NCBI GenBank assembly: GCA_009842675.1
Contig: VYEX01000021.1
Span: forward strand, 11,572-75,571
Reading direction: 5' to 3'
Source: Acidimicrobiia bacterium
GTDB taxonomy: Bacteria > Actinomycetota > Acidimicrobiia > Acidimicrobiales > Bin134
Length of the DNA: 64,000 nucleotides
This document shows positions 7,031 to 16,194 of this stretch, piece after piece (position 1 is the first letter of the stretch; each line of letters begins with the position of its first letter). Under the pieces are notes generated by a model that searched no databases, was not told the DNA's origin, and saw only the letters and a list, made by a program, of their open reading frames with translations. Both the position numbers and the translations under genes were made by a program.

Positions 7031-9136
7031 ATGACCATCACCGATCGCACTATCACCGCCCCCGAGGAAACTCTGGCGCTGCCAGCGGGCCCGACCATTG
7101 CCCATCGCCCCCTCGGTGTCTTCACCCGACCCCAGGGCAGCGAGGGCTGGACGAGTTGGCTTTTCACCGTCGACCACAAGCGCATCGGCATTATGTACGG
7201 CGCGGCCGCTCTGTTCTTCTTCCTCGTGGGCGGCGCCGAGGCCCTGTTCATCCGCCTCCAGCTGGCCACCCCCAACGGCTCGGTCATAGGGGCCGGTACC
7301 TACAACGGCGTGTTCACAATGCACGGCGTGACCATGGTGTTCCTGGTGATCATGCCCATGGCCGCAGCCTTCGCCAACTACCTGCTCCCGCTGCAAGTGG
7401 GCGCCCGGGACGTTGCTTTCCCGCGGCTGAACGCGTTCAGCTTCTGGTGTTTCTTGGCCGGTGGCCTCTTGCTCACCTCGTCGGTCCTGATCGGCGGCTG
7501 GTTCCAAAACGCCCCTGACGGCGGCTGGTTCGCCTACGCCCCCAACACCGGCCTGCTCTTCTCACCCTCCAAGGGGATCGACTTCTACGCCGTCGGCTTG
7601 CAGATCCTGGGCGTTGCCTCGCTGGTCAGCGCCATCAATCTGATCGTGACCGTGTTGAATATGCGAACTAAGGGGATGAGTTTCTTCCGGATGCCGGTTC
7701 TCACCTGGATGTTGCTCATCACCCAGTTCCTGCTGCTGTTCGCCCTCCCGGTGATCACCGTGGCCCTATTCCTGTTGATGTTCGACCGACTGTGGGACGC
7801 CAACTTCTTCAATGTGGAGGCCGGGGCCGACCCGCTGCTGTGGCAGCACCTGTTCTGGATATTCGGCCACCCCGAGGTGTACATCCTGATATTGCCCGCC
7901 TTCGGGATCGTGTCGGAGATCATCCCCACGTTCGCTCGCAAGCCGCTGTTCGGCTACCACTTCATGGTTGCCTCCGGCATCGCCATCGGCTTTATGGGAT
8001 GGGGCGTGTGGGCCCACCACATGTTCACCTCTGGTGTCGGGCCGCTTTCGGTGGCCGCGTTCTCGGTATCCACCATGTTCATTGCTGTGCCCACCGGGGT
8101 GAAGATCCTCAACTGGCTGGCCACCATGTATCGGGGACGGCTGCGATTTACCACCCCCATGCTCTACGCCGTGGGCGTGGTGTCGATGTTCACCATCGGT
8201 GGCTTGTCCGGGGTGACCCACGCCATCGCACCCTCCGACACCCAGCAGACCGACACCTATTACATCGTGGCCCACTTCCACTATGTGATCTTCGGCGGGG
8301 CGCTGCTCGGGTTGTTCGGCGGCTTTTACTACTGGTGGCCCAAGGCATTCGGCTACAAGCTCAACGAGGGATGGGGCAAGGCCAGCTTCTGGGTGATGCT
8401 CATCGGGTTCAACTTCACCTTCGGACCCATGCACATCCTCGGTTTGCAGGGGATGTCGCGTCGCATAGCCACCTACCGGGCCGATGAGGGCTTTGCGCTG
8501 TGGAATATGGTGGCCACCATCAGCTCGTTCGTGATCGCGCTGGGCGTGGCCATGTTCTTCTGGAACGTGTTCGTGAGCACCCGGAACTGGCGGCGGGCCG
8601 GCCGACCCGATGTGGGCCCCGACCCCTGGGATGCCCGCGGCTTGGAGTGGATGACCGCCTCTCCGGTGCCCGAGCACAATTTCGACTCCGAGATCGAGGT
8701 GGAACGCCTCGACGAGTTCTGGCACCGCAAATACGGCAAGGACGAGAGCGGCCGGATAGTAAGGGCCGCTCCCACCTCTGAGGTGGCCCACGACGGCAGC
8801 AACACCAACGTGCACTTGCCGTCTCCGTCGTACTGGCCCATCGTCTTGGGCGGGGGCATCCTGCTGGTGGGCTACGGCATCATCTACAACCTGTGGCTGG
8901 CTGCCGCTGGCCTCGTGCTGTTGGTTGCAGCCATCTACGGCTGGATACTGGAGCCGGCCGACGACCCCGACGCCGCCGGCCACCACGACGACCACTCCGA
9001 CGATGGCGATGACCATGGAGACCCCGGCAGCAACGGCGGTCCCAGCGGCAACGGCGATTCGGCAGAAACCGAGGGTCCGGAGGATCGGGGTGGCGATTCG
9101 GCAGAAACCGAGGAGGAGGCTGCGACCGTTGGCTGA
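7031..9136 (+). CDS. ctaD: cytochrome c oxidase subunit I with C-terminal two-helix extension and acidic tail
   Basis: All canonical motifs are present: FTMHGVTMVF, WQHLFWIFGHPEVYILILP, WAHHMFTSG, VAHFHYVIFGG. The ATG at 7031 follows the ctaC stop (the ORF is open from 6980). The extension ...PSPSYWPIVLGGG... is followed by a D/H/G-rich tail. Confidence 0.95.
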   Translation: MTITDRTITAPEETLALPAGPTIAHRPLGVFTRPQGSEGWTSWLFTVDHKRIGIMYGAAALFFFLVGGAEALFIRLQLATPNGSVIGAGTYNGVFTMHGVTMVFLVIMPMAAAFANYLLPLQVGARDVAFPRLNAFSFWCFLAGGLLLTSSVLIGGWFQNAPDGGWFAYAPNTGLLFSPSKGIDFYAVGLQILGVASLVSAINLIVTVLNMRTKGMSFFRMPVLTWMLLITQFLLLFALPVITVALFLLMFDRLWDANFFNVEAGADPLLWQHLFWIFGHPEVYILILPAFGIVSEIIPTFARKPLFGYHFMVASGIAIGFMGWGVWAHHMFTSGVGPLSVAAFSVSTMFIAVPTGVKILNWLATMYRGRLRFTTPMLYAVGVVSMFTIGGLSGVTHAIAPSDTQQTDTYYIVAHFHYVIFGGALLGLFGGFYYWWPKAFGYKLNEGWGKASFWVMLIGFNFTFGPMHILGLQGMSRRIATYRADEGFALWNMVATISSFVIALGVAMFFWNVFVSTRNWRRAGRPDVGPDPWDARGLEWMTASPVPEHNFDSEIEVERLDEFWHRKYGKDESGRIVRAAPTSEVAHDGSNTNVHLPSPSYWPIVLGGGILLVGYGIIYNLWLAAAGLVLLVAAIYGWILEPADDPDAAGHHDDHSDDGDDHGDPGSNGGPSGNGDSAETEGPEDRGGDSAETEEEAATVG

Positions 9137-9140
9137 CGTA

Positions 9141-9767
9141 ATGACCTCCGAAACAGGGGCCGCTGAGGCCGCCACCCAATCTGCTCACGCCGAGGAGCAC
9201 CACACCAGCACCGGTATCTCCAACGAGAAGCTGGCCATGTGGGTGTTCCTGGGTTCGGAGTGCCTGCTATTTGGCGGACTCATCTCCGTCTACATGTTCA
9301 ACAAGGGGCGCATCGGCCCCAACGACGTCGGCCCCAACGACGTGTTCGACATCCCCTTCACCTCGGTCAGCTCGTTCGTGCTTTTGATGAGCTCACTGAC
9401 AATGGTGTTCGCAGTGTCGTCCATCGCCCGGGGCGATCTGCGGGGCAACCGCATCTGGCTAACCACCACCGCCGCGTTGGGAGCCACATTCGTGGCCGGG
9501 CAGGTGTACGAGTTCACCGCCTTCTACAGCGAGGGCCTCGGATTCACCACCAACCTGTTCGGATCGGCCTTCTACGCCCTGACCGGCTTCCACGGGGCCC
9601 ACGTCACCATCGGCATCATCATGCTGATGTCGCTGCTCGTGATGTCGCTGCGGGGCAACCTCACCCAAGAGCGGGCCGAGACCGTGGAGATCATCGGCTT
9701 GTACTGGCACTTTGTCGACATCGTATGGATCGTGATCTTCACGATCGTGTACCTCTTCCCGCAGTAG
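9141..9767 (+). CDS. ctaE: cytochrome c oxidase subunit III
   Basis: MTSETGAAEA...KLAMWVFLGSECLLFGGLI..., FYALTGFHGAHVTIG and LYWHFVDIVWIVIF are classic subunit III motifs. The ATG at 9141 sits just after the ctaD stop. Confidence 0.9.
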   Translation: MTSETGAAEAATQSAHAEEHHTSTGISNEKLAMWVFLGSECLLFGGLISVYMFNKGRIGPNDVGPNDVFDIPFTSVSSFVLLMSSLTMVFAVSSIARGDLRGNRIWLTTTAALGATFVAGQVYEFTAFYSEGLGFTTNLFGSAFYALTGFHGAHVTIGIIMLMSLLVMSLRGNLTQERAETVEIIGLYWHFVDIVWIVIFTIVYLFPQ

Positions 9768-9775
9768 GATCCGCT

Positions 9776-10165
9776 ATGGCCACCGTCACCCCTGAATCCC
9801 CTGACACGGGCCACACCCCCGACGAACACGCGTCGGACGGCGGTCAAATGGCCGAGCACGCCCAATCCACTGGTAAGCAGAATCACGCCCACCCCACCGA
9901 TTGGCTCTATGTCAAGGTGGCCATCGCCCTCGGGCTGCTCACCGCATTCGAGGTGTTCACCTACTTCGAGTCGCTCCACGGGTGGGGCGACACCGCAATA
10001 ATCATCATGCTCATCCTCATGATGTTGGTGAAGTTCTTCTTGGTGGTGGCCTTCTTCATGCACCTGAAGTTCGACTCTCCGATCTTCTGGCGATTATTCG
10101 TATTCGGCCTGATCTTGGCCATGGCGGTGTACATGGTCATGCTGACGGCGTTTCGCATCTGGTAG
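9776..10165 (+). CDS. ctaF: cytochrome c oxidase subunit IV (prokaryotic CtaF/QoxD-type small subunit)
   Basis: 129 aa with three TM helices. LMMLVKFFLVVAFFMHLKFD resembles the bacterial COX4_pro family. Located directly after ctaE. The ORF frame is open from 9239, but the ATG at 9776 fits the gene order. Confidence 0.75.
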   Translation: MATVTPESPDTGHTPDEHASDGGQMAEHAQSTGKQNHAHPTDWLYVKVAIALGLLTAFEVFTYFESLHGWGDTAIIIMLILMMLVKFFLVVAFFMHLKFDSPIFWRLFVFGLILAMAVYMVMLTAFRIW

Positions 10166-10172
10166 TTGGCCG

Positions 10173-11084
10173 ATGGCCTTCGCGGCTGACACCGATATCT
10201 GGCGGTACCAGCCCCACGCCGAAGTCTGGATAATCCTGCTGGCCGCGATAGCCATGGCCTGGTACGCGGCCCGGATCATCGCCCCCAAAGCGGCGCCCGT
10301 CGGTGAGTCCCCCTTTGCCCGCCACCACAAGCTGGCCTTCGTCGGGGCGATGGTACTGCTGTGGGTGGCCAGCGACTGGCCGATGCACGACATCTCAGAG
10401 GAGTACCTGTATTCGGTCCACATGATCCAGCACCTGCTCATCACGCTGGTGGTGCCGCCGCTGATATGGGCGGCCATTCCCGAATGGCTGGCCCGGCTGG
10501 CGCTCAGCGGCGATGGCAGCGTGGGGGTTTGGGTGCGGCGGCTGGCCCGGCCGGTGGCCGCCGGGTTGCTGTTCAACTTCATGGTGGCGGTGAGCCACAT
10601 TCCCTGGGTGGTCAACACGTCGGTGGAAAGCGGCGCACTGCATTACTTCGTACATCTGCTGCTGTTCGCCTCGGCTATGGCGATGTGGCTGCCGGTGTGC
10701 GGCCCGATTCCTGAGCTGCACATGCGGGAGCCGGGCAAGATGGTCTACTTGTTCTTGATGTCGGTGGTGCCGACCGTGCCCGGCGGATTCTTGACCTTTG
10801 CCCAGGGAGCGGTTTACAGCGCCTACGACCACGACGTCCGCTTGTGGGGCATCGGCCTCCAGGCCGACCAGCAAGCCGCTGGGCTGATAATGAAATTGGT
10901 GGGCGGCATGTATTTGTGGACGTGGATCGGGGTGCTGTTTTTCCGCTGGGCCGGCGCCCAGCAGCGGGTCAACACCCAGATGCGGGTGGTGACCACCGTT
11001 CCGTCCGGCCCCATCGCCGCTGACACCCGGGTCCCGGCCACTTCGGGTTCCAACGGCTCTAACTCCACCAACGGTTCTCGATGA
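10173..11084 (+). CDS. ctaG: cytochrome c oxidase assembly factor CtaG (Bacillus/actinobacterial caa3_CtaG type)
   Basis: Polytopic membrane protein with SVHMIQHLLITLVVPPLI and HYFVHLLLFASAMAMWLPV motifs. Positioned at the end of the cta operon. Its stop overlaps the serS start (ATGA). Confidence 0.8.
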   Translation: MAFAADTDIWRYQPHAEVWIILLAAIAMAWYAARIIAPKAAPVGESPFARHHKLAFVGAMVLLWVASDWPMHDISEEYLYSVHMIQHLLITLVVPPLIWAAIPEWLARLALSGDGSVGVWVRRLARPVAAGLLFNFMVAVSHIPWVVNTSVESGALHYFVHLLLFASAMAMWLPVCGPIPELHMREPGKMVYLFLMSVVPTVPGGFLTFAQGAVYSAYDHDVRLWGIGLQADQQAAGLIMKLVGGMYLWTWIGVLFFRWAGAQQRVNTQMRVVTTVPSGPIAADTRVPATSGSNGSNSTNGSR

Positions 11085-12355
11085 TCGACCTGCGCCTGGT
11101 GCGCACCGACTACGACGCGGTTGCGGCTGCGATGGCCCGTCGGCGGATCGACCTGTCGGAGCTGGAGCAGGTGGCGGCCCTGGATGAGCGCCACCGCCAT
11201 CTCACCACCGAGCGCGATGCGATGCGCCATGGGGTCAAGGAGCTGTCCCAGCAAGTAGGCCAACTCAAGCGCGACGGGCGCGACGCCGAAGCCGATACAG
11301 CCGCAGCCGAGAGCCGCAAACGGGGCGACCAGGCCAAGGCCCTGGCTGCCGAGGCCGACGCAGTGGCGGCCGAGATTCACGACCTGCTGCTGCACATCCC
11401 CAATCTGCCCGCCCCCGATGCCCCCGACGGAGCCGATGAAGGCGACAATCCGGTATTGAGGGTGCAGAACTTCGACCCCGATTCCTACGGCGAGCACCAG
11501 CGGGTGCCCCACTGGGAGTTCGCGGTGGAGGCGGGCTGGCTGGATATGGAGCGGGCGGCCAAGCTGTCGGGGTCCATGTTCGCCATGCTCCGGGGTCCGG
11601 GAGCGTCTTTGGCCCGGGCCATGGTCCAGTTCGGGCTAGACCGCAACGCCGACCGCTACGAGGAGATCCGCCCGCCCACCCTGGTCCACAGCCAGGTCAT
11701 GGTGAGCACCGGCCAGCTCCCCAAGTTCGCCGACGACGCCTATTGGCTGGAGCGTGACGACCTGTGGGCGATACCCACCGCCGAGGTTCCGCTCACCTCG
11801 CTGGCCTCTGGCGAGATCCTCGACGAGGCCGACCTGCCGATGAGGATGATGGCCTACACCCCCTGCTACCGCCGGGAGGCCGGGGCCGCCGGCCGTGACA
11901 CTCGAGGACTGCTAAGGGTTCACGAGTTCGACAAGGTGGAGATCTTGGCCTACGCCACTCCCGAGCAGGCCCCCGCGGCACACGCCGAAATCTTGGAGCG
12001 GGCCGAAGCCGCGGTGGCTGAGTTGGGCTTGGCCTACCGCATCGTGGACATCTGCACCGGCGATTTGGGCCAGGCCCACCATCGGTCGTGGGATGTGGAG
12101 GTATACGCCCCTGGTGCCGACCAGTGGCTGGAGGTGTCGTCGGTCTCCTGGTATTCCGACTATCAGGCCCGTCGGGCCAATCTGCGCTACCGGCCCGAGG
12201 GGGAAAAGGGCACCCGCATCCTCCACACCCTCAACGGCTCGGCCCTGGCCGTGCCCCGAGTGTGGGCCGCCCTGGTCGAAACCCACCGCCAGCCCGACGG
12301 GTCCGTGGTCATTCCCGAGGCGCTGCGCCCTTACCTCGGCCGCGACGTCCTGTAG
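11081..12355 (+). CDS. serS: seryl-tRNA synthetase
   Basis: MIDLRLVRTDYDAV... N-terminal coiled-coil arm. Class II core motifs: TAEVPLTSL, YTPCYRREAGAAGRDTRGLLRVHEFDKVE, LNGSALAVPR. Confidence 0.95.
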   Translation: MIDLRLVRTDYDAVAAAMARRRIDLSELEQVAALDERHRHLTTERDAMRHGVKELSQQVGQLKRDGRDAEADTAAAESRKRGDQAKALAAEADAVAAEIHDLLLHIPNLPAPDAPDGADEGDNPVLRVQNFDPDSYGEHQRVPHWEFAVEAGWLDMERAAKLSGSMFAMLRGPGASLARAMVQFGLDRNADRYEEIRPPTLVHSQVMVSTGQLPKFADDAYWLERDDLWAIPTAEVPLTSLASGEILDEADLPMRMMAYTPCYRREAGAAGRDTRGLLRVHEFDKVEILAYATPEQAPAAHAEILERAEAAVAELGLAYRIVDICTGDLGQAHHRSWDVEVYAPGADQWLEVSSVSWYSDYQARRANLRYRPEGEKGTRILHTLNGSALAVPRVWAALVETHRQPDGSVVIPEALRPYLGRDVL

Positions 12356-12396
12356 CTGTCGGTCTGCGAACAGATCGACAACTAGGGTCGCGGGGA

Positions 12397-13104
12397 GTGC
12401 GACGCGAGAGCGAAGAATCAATTCTAGATAGCCAGCAGACCTATTACCGGGCTCGTGCTGATGAGTACGACGAGTGGTGGGAGCGGCGGGGCCGCTATGC
12501 CCAAGACCCAGAGGCAAACGATCAGTGGAGACAGGAGATCAGCGAGCTTCGAGAGCTCTTCGATTCACTATCGCTCGACGGAGACGTCATCGAATTGGCC
12601 CCGGGTACAGGGTATTGGACTGAGCTTCTGGCCGAGCGGGCTCGATCAGTGACCGCCATCGATGGTGCACCAGAGATGATTGCGTGCAATCGCGCTCGCT
12701 TAGGGCGCAAGGCCGAGGTAGTCACGTATCTTCAACAGGACATCTTCGACTGGGTCCCTCCGCGGCGATTCGACGCCATGGTGTTCTGCTTTTGGATCTC
12801 CCATGTGCCTCGTCGCAGACTGCCTAAGTTTCTTGCCACGTGCCGGGCCGCTCTCAACACTGGGGCGCACCTGTTCTTCGTGGACAACCTGCGCGAGCAA
12901 CCTGGCTTTTCCGTTGATGAAGTCCGGTCCGACAGTCGTTCAGAACTCACCCAGCGGCGGCTCAACGACGGCCGGGAGTTCACGATCGTCAAGAATTTCT
13001 ACGATCCCGAGGAGCTTCGGGATGCCGCCCTCTCCGCAGAAATTCAACTTGAGGTAGGGCATACCTCGACGTACTTCCAGTACGGCATCGGGCAGGCCAT
13101 CTGA
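12397..13104 (+). CDS. class I SAM-dependent methyltransferase
   Basis: The VIELAPGTGYWTELLA motif I region is followed by AIDGAPEMI and FDAMVFCFWISHVP. GTG start chosen after the serS stop; the ORF track frame opens inside serS at 12088. Codon usage looks less GC3-biased than the neighbours (by eye). Confidence 0.72.
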   Translation: MRRESEESILDSQQTYYRARADEYDEWWERRGRYAQDPEANDQWRQEISELRELFDSLSLDGDVIELAPGTGYWTELLAERARSVTAIDGAPEMIACNRARLGRKAEVVTYLQQDIFDWVPPRRFDAMVFCFWISHVPRRRLPKFLATCRAALNTGAHLFFVDNLREQPGFSVDEVRSDSRSELTQRRLNDGREFTIVKNFYDPEELRDAALSAEIQLEVGHTSTYFQYGIGQAI

Positions 13105-13108
13105 TTGC

Positions 13109-13432
13109 TTACCCGGAGATGATCAGGCCAGCGGTGGCGGCGGCGAGGCCGAGGGTGAGGCTGGCGGCGGCGTAGGCGATGGCCCGGGTGCGGCCTAAGG
13201 ATGTCAGCTCTACTGCGAGAGTCGAGAGCGTGGTCAGCGAACCCAGGCCCCCGACGCCCACTGCGGTCAACACCGGGTTGTCAGCCCCGACCAATAGCCC
13301 CAGCGCGAAGCTGCCGAGCACGTTCACTCCCAGGGTGCCCCAGGGCCAGGCTGGTGTGTTGAAGCGATGAGCGGTGGCGGCTCGAAGCAGGGTTCCGGCC
13401 ACGGCCAGCACCACGAAGCCGAGGGCGGTCAC
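13109..13432 (-). CDS. crcB: fluoride ion channel CrcB/FluC (second of a pair)
   Basis: 107 aa, four TM. WGTLGVNVLGSFALGLL and GGLGSLTTLSTLAVE are typical CrcB motifs. GTGA overlap with the upstream crcB. Confidence 0.9.
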   Translation of the reverse strand: MTALGFVVLAVAGTLLRAATAHRFNTPAWPWGTLGVNVLGSFALGLLVGADNPVLTAVGVGGLGSLTTLSTLAVELTSLGRTRAIAYAAASLTLGLAAATAGLIISG

Positions 13433-13821
13433 TGGGCTTCCTTCAACTGGACTGTCCGCAGTGCAGCGCCAACCAACGCCAGCGCCACCCCGCCTGCTAC
13501 CGAGACGGCCAGATAGCTGGCCGCGTATCCCCAGTCACCGTCGCGGGCCATCTCCGCCACATCAACGGTCAGGGCTGAGAACGTGGTCAAACTGCCGCAG
13601 AAGCCGGTCCCCATTCCGAGGCTCAGCGGCAATTGGGCCCGGGCCGACCACGCTGCCGCCGCCAGATAGCCGAGCACGACACAGCCAGCCAGGTTGACGG
13701 CCAGAACTCCCCACGGCCAGGCATCGGTAGAGGGCAGAGTCTCAACCAGCCCCCAGCGCGCCCCGGCTCCAGCCAGCCCGCCTATCCCGACAGCCGCTGC
13801 GGCTTTCGGTGTCAACGACAA
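13429..13821 (-). CDS. crcB: fluoride ion channel CrcB/FluC (first of a pair)
   Basis: 130 aa with WGVLAVNLAGCVVLGYL and GFCGSLTTFSALTVD. Putative TTG start 2 nt after the ccdA stop. Paired crcB genes are typical of actinobacteria. Confidence 0.88.
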   Translation of the reverse strand: MSLTPKAAAAVGIGGLAGAGARWGLVETLPSTDAWPWGVLAVNLAGCVVLGYLAAAAWSARAQLPLSLGMGTGFCGSLTTFSALTVDVAEMARDGDWGYAASYLAVSVAGGVALALVGAALRTVQLKEAQ

Positions 13822-13822
13822 G

Positions 13823-14950
13823 CTATGGGCTCACGCTTTCGGGCACCGGGTCTTCGGCGCGGCGCCCAGACCGCAATCGCACCCACAGCACCAGCGCCAC
13901 CAGCAGCCCAGCCAGCACCTCCCAGAGCACGGGCCACCGAGCGGGATCGGCGAACCAGTTGCCCACCCGCTCGGGTATATCAGCAATGGTTCGCAGAATC
14001 GGCAGTACTAGGAGATCGCCCTGATATTGGAACGCTTCCGACATCACGTAGCCCACCGCCACGATGGCGGAAGCGACAAAAAGTTGGGGTTGGGGGATGC
14101 GGCGGCGGAACGCCCACAGCAGCACGGCCAGCACTAGGAAGGCGGTGGCCAGGCCGAAACGGTTGCCGCCCACGTCGATGATCCAGTTCTCCAGTCGGAC
14201 CGATACCCGGTTGGAGGCCTCCACGAAGGGGTTGTTGGCTTCGAAGTCGTCGTGCAGCAGAACTTGGACCTCCCACCAGCCGTAGAACCCGAGCACCACG
14301 CCGGCCACCACCAAGAAACCACCGGAGATCTTGTTTATGTGGGGCAGCAGGCGCCGCATGTGAGCGGTAACCCCGGAGCGTCCCATGGCCACGGCCAGAG
14401 TTAGGAAGGTGATCACCAGCCCCATTCCCAGGGCGTAGGCCAAGAATCTCAGGGTTCCCTCCCACACCCCGTCGGTACTGAATGAGCCGCTCACGCTGCC
14501 GAAGAACACCGGGCTGGCGCAGCCCAGCGACACCACCGCATACGACACCCCAAACAGGAACATAGAGATCAGGCCCTGGCTGTCTCCGCCTTTCGACAAT
14601 CGGGGCACAGAGATCTTGGGTTCGAAGCCGGCCAGCATGGCGATGCCCAGCACCACCATGAGTCCGCTGATCACCAGCGTGATCCACGGACCTCGGTCAG
14701 CAATGGTGGAGGTGGAAATGAGCGACGAGGTAAGCGCGCCGATGATGCCGAAGAAGGCCACGAATCCGGCGGTTAGGGTGAGCCCCACCAGCAACCCCCG
14801 GAGGACGTTTCGCCCGGTGTCGGTGGACTGGTCTTGGTTGCCGATGCCTAGGAAGTAGGCCAGGTACGCCGGCAGCATGGCGAACCCGCACGGGTTGACT
14901 GCGGCGACCAGGCCGGCTCCGAATGGAACCGCCAAATCGAGGTCGAACAC
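13823..14950 (-). CDS. ccdA: cytochrome c biogenesis thiol-reductant transporter CcdA/DsbD family, with extra C-terminal TM region
   Basis: N-terminal GLVAAVNPCGFAMLPAYL and the later YAVVSLGCASPVF are the two conserved Cys-containing CcdA motifs. About 130 additional C-terminal residues contain further TM helices. Confidence 0.85.
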   Translation of the reverse strand: MFDLDLAVPFGAGLVAAVNPCGFAMLPAYLAYFLGIGNQDQSTDTGRNVLRGLLVGLTLTAGFVAFFGIIGALTSSLISTSTIADRGPWITLVISGLMVVLGIAMLAGFEPKISVPRLSKGGDSQGLISMFLFGVSYAVVSLGCASPVFFGSVSGSFSTDGVWEGTLRFLAYALGMGLVITFLTLAVAMGRSGVTAHMRRLLPHINKISGGFLVVAGVVLGFYGWWEVQVLLHDDFEANNPFVEASNRVSVRLENWIIDVGGNRFGLATAFLVLAVLLWAFRRRIPQPQLFVASAIVAVGYVMSEAFQYQGDLLVLPILRTIADIPERVGNWFADPARWPVLWEVLAGLLVALVLWVRLRSGRRAEDPVPESVSP

Positions 14951-15008
14951 AACCCCAGCCTATTGAGGAATCGCTCGAAAGAGGGTGCTAATGACTCCGG
15001 GCGGCGGG

Positions 15009-15548
15009 TTATGGAATGAAATGCCTATTCAGGTGGTCGGCGATCTGGTCGAAGGTCAGGCCACCGGTGTGCTGGTAGACCACTTCCCCATCGGGGGCGA
15101 TGAACAACGTGGTCGGCATGCCCAGAATCTCATAGGCGTTTCCGATGGTCGAGTCCGGATCCACGCCGGTGGCGTAGGTCACCCCGGTGTCGGCCACGAT
15201 CTCTCGGGCTCTGGTGGGAGTGTCGTTGACGGCGAGGCCGACAAATGCGATGTCGGGGCGCTGTTGGTGGACGGATTCCAGGGCCGGCATCTCCGTTACG
15301 CACGGCGTACACCACGATGCGAAAAAGTTGAGCACCACCGGACGGTCCAGGAAGGCGCCCACTGTGGCGTTGCCCCCGTCCAGCAGCTCGAACTCGATGT
15401 CGGTGGCTTGGACGTCGTCGCCGGCTCCCGATCCACAGGAGCCGGCGACGACGGCGATCAGCGCCGAAGCGACGATCAATGCGGCCGTGGCCAGCGGGCG
15501 GCACCGCCCGGTCATCAGGCCAATCCGGCTATTGGCCGAATCAGCCAT
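15009..15548 (-). CDS. TlpA/ResA-family thiol-disulfide oxidoreductase (secreted or lipoprotein thioredoxin)
   Basis: The FFASWCTPCVTEMP motif is a thioredoxin-type CxxC. Signal or lipobox-like N-terminus ...LIAVVAGSCGSG. ATG at 15548 (TTG at 15551 is also possible). Lies upstream of ccdA. Confidence 0.85.
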   Translation of the reverse strand: MADSANSRIGLMTGRCRPLATAALIVASALIAVVAGSCGSGAGDDVQATDIEFELLDGGNATVGAFLDRPVVLNFFASWCTPCVTEMPALESVHQQRPDIAFVGLAVNDTPTRAREIVADTGVTYATGVDPDSTIGNAYEILGMPTTLFIAPDGEVVYQHTGGLTFDQIADHLNRHFIP

Positions 15549-15566
15549 CAAACCGGGGTCCGGCCA

Positions 15567-15905
15567 TCAGGCCGAGCGGAGCCGCTCACGCAGGTGTACG
15601 GGTACCGGCACCTGGACGAACTCGTCCTCGGGACGGGGCACCTTGGCCGGACGACCCCGACGACGCTTGCTGGTCAGCACCCTGCCATTGCGGAACAACT
15701 GGCCGCCCCACACTCCCCACGGCTCGCGGCGAGCGATGGCGCCCTCAAGGCACTCGGCCATTACCGGGCACTCGGCGCAGATGGCCTTGGCCCGGGAGAT
15801 GTTCTGGAGCTCGTCGGAGAAGAAGATCTCCCCAAGCGAGGCGTCGATGGTGCGGCACGCGGCCTCCAAGCGCCACGGTGCGTTTTCAAAGAGCAGGGCC
15901 TCCAT
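15567..15905 (-). CDS. whiB7: WhiB-family Fe-S transcription factor, WhiB7/WblC-like (C-terminal AT-hook)
   Basis: Cys pattern C-x(n)-CAECPVMAEC. REPWGVWGGQLF turn motif followed by the KRRRGRPAKVPRP AT-hook, closely matching the WhiB7 signature (EPWGVWGG ... RGRP). Strong SD (AAGGAGAG) upstream of the ATG. Confidence 0.78.
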   Translation of the reverse strand: MEALLFENAPWRLEAACRTIDASLGEIFFSDELQNISRAKAICAECPVMAECLEGAIARREPWGVWGGQLFRNGRVLTSKRRRGRPAKVPRPEDEFVQVPVPVHLRERLRSA

Positions 15906-15968
15906 TGTTCTCTCCTTTCGGGGGTCTTCGGTTAGGTGCTTCCTGATGGTTGGTTGAGTGGTGGTTAC

Positions 15969-16002
15969 AAACTGAAAAGGCCGCCGGATTTTTCCGGCGG
16001 CC
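15969..16002 (-). terminator. rho-independent terminator / attenuator hairpin in the whiB7-like leader
   Basis: Perfect 10-bp stem GGCCGCCGGA/TCCGGCGGCC (15979..16002) with a 4-nt loop. On the minus strand it is followed by TTTTCAGTTT. Located 64 nt upstream of the whiB start and about 250 nt downstream of the MBL gene stop. Confidence 0.65.
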
Positions 16003-16194
16003 TCGGCAGATATTTGATCCTTGTAGGTGCTCTACGTGGACCCTCCCCGAGGCCTTCCGGTGGCGGTCTTGTGACCAAACACGCATGGTGTCGGCCAATA
16101 GCCCTGGTTAATCCGGGCAGTTTCGGCCATCGCTACGCGCGCGGCACGGCCTGGATGGCCGAATGCGAGATAGCTCTGGGCGAACATGACCACT

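Noticed and set aside
15886-16098. The 70-aa track ORF on the minus strand spanning the terminator hairpin and overlapping the whiB start.
   Set aside because: It reads straight through the hairpin and into whiB in another frame, and its composition is Arg/His/Asn-rich. The shorter 51-codon ORF ending before the hairpin fits attenuation logic better, though it is itself unproven.
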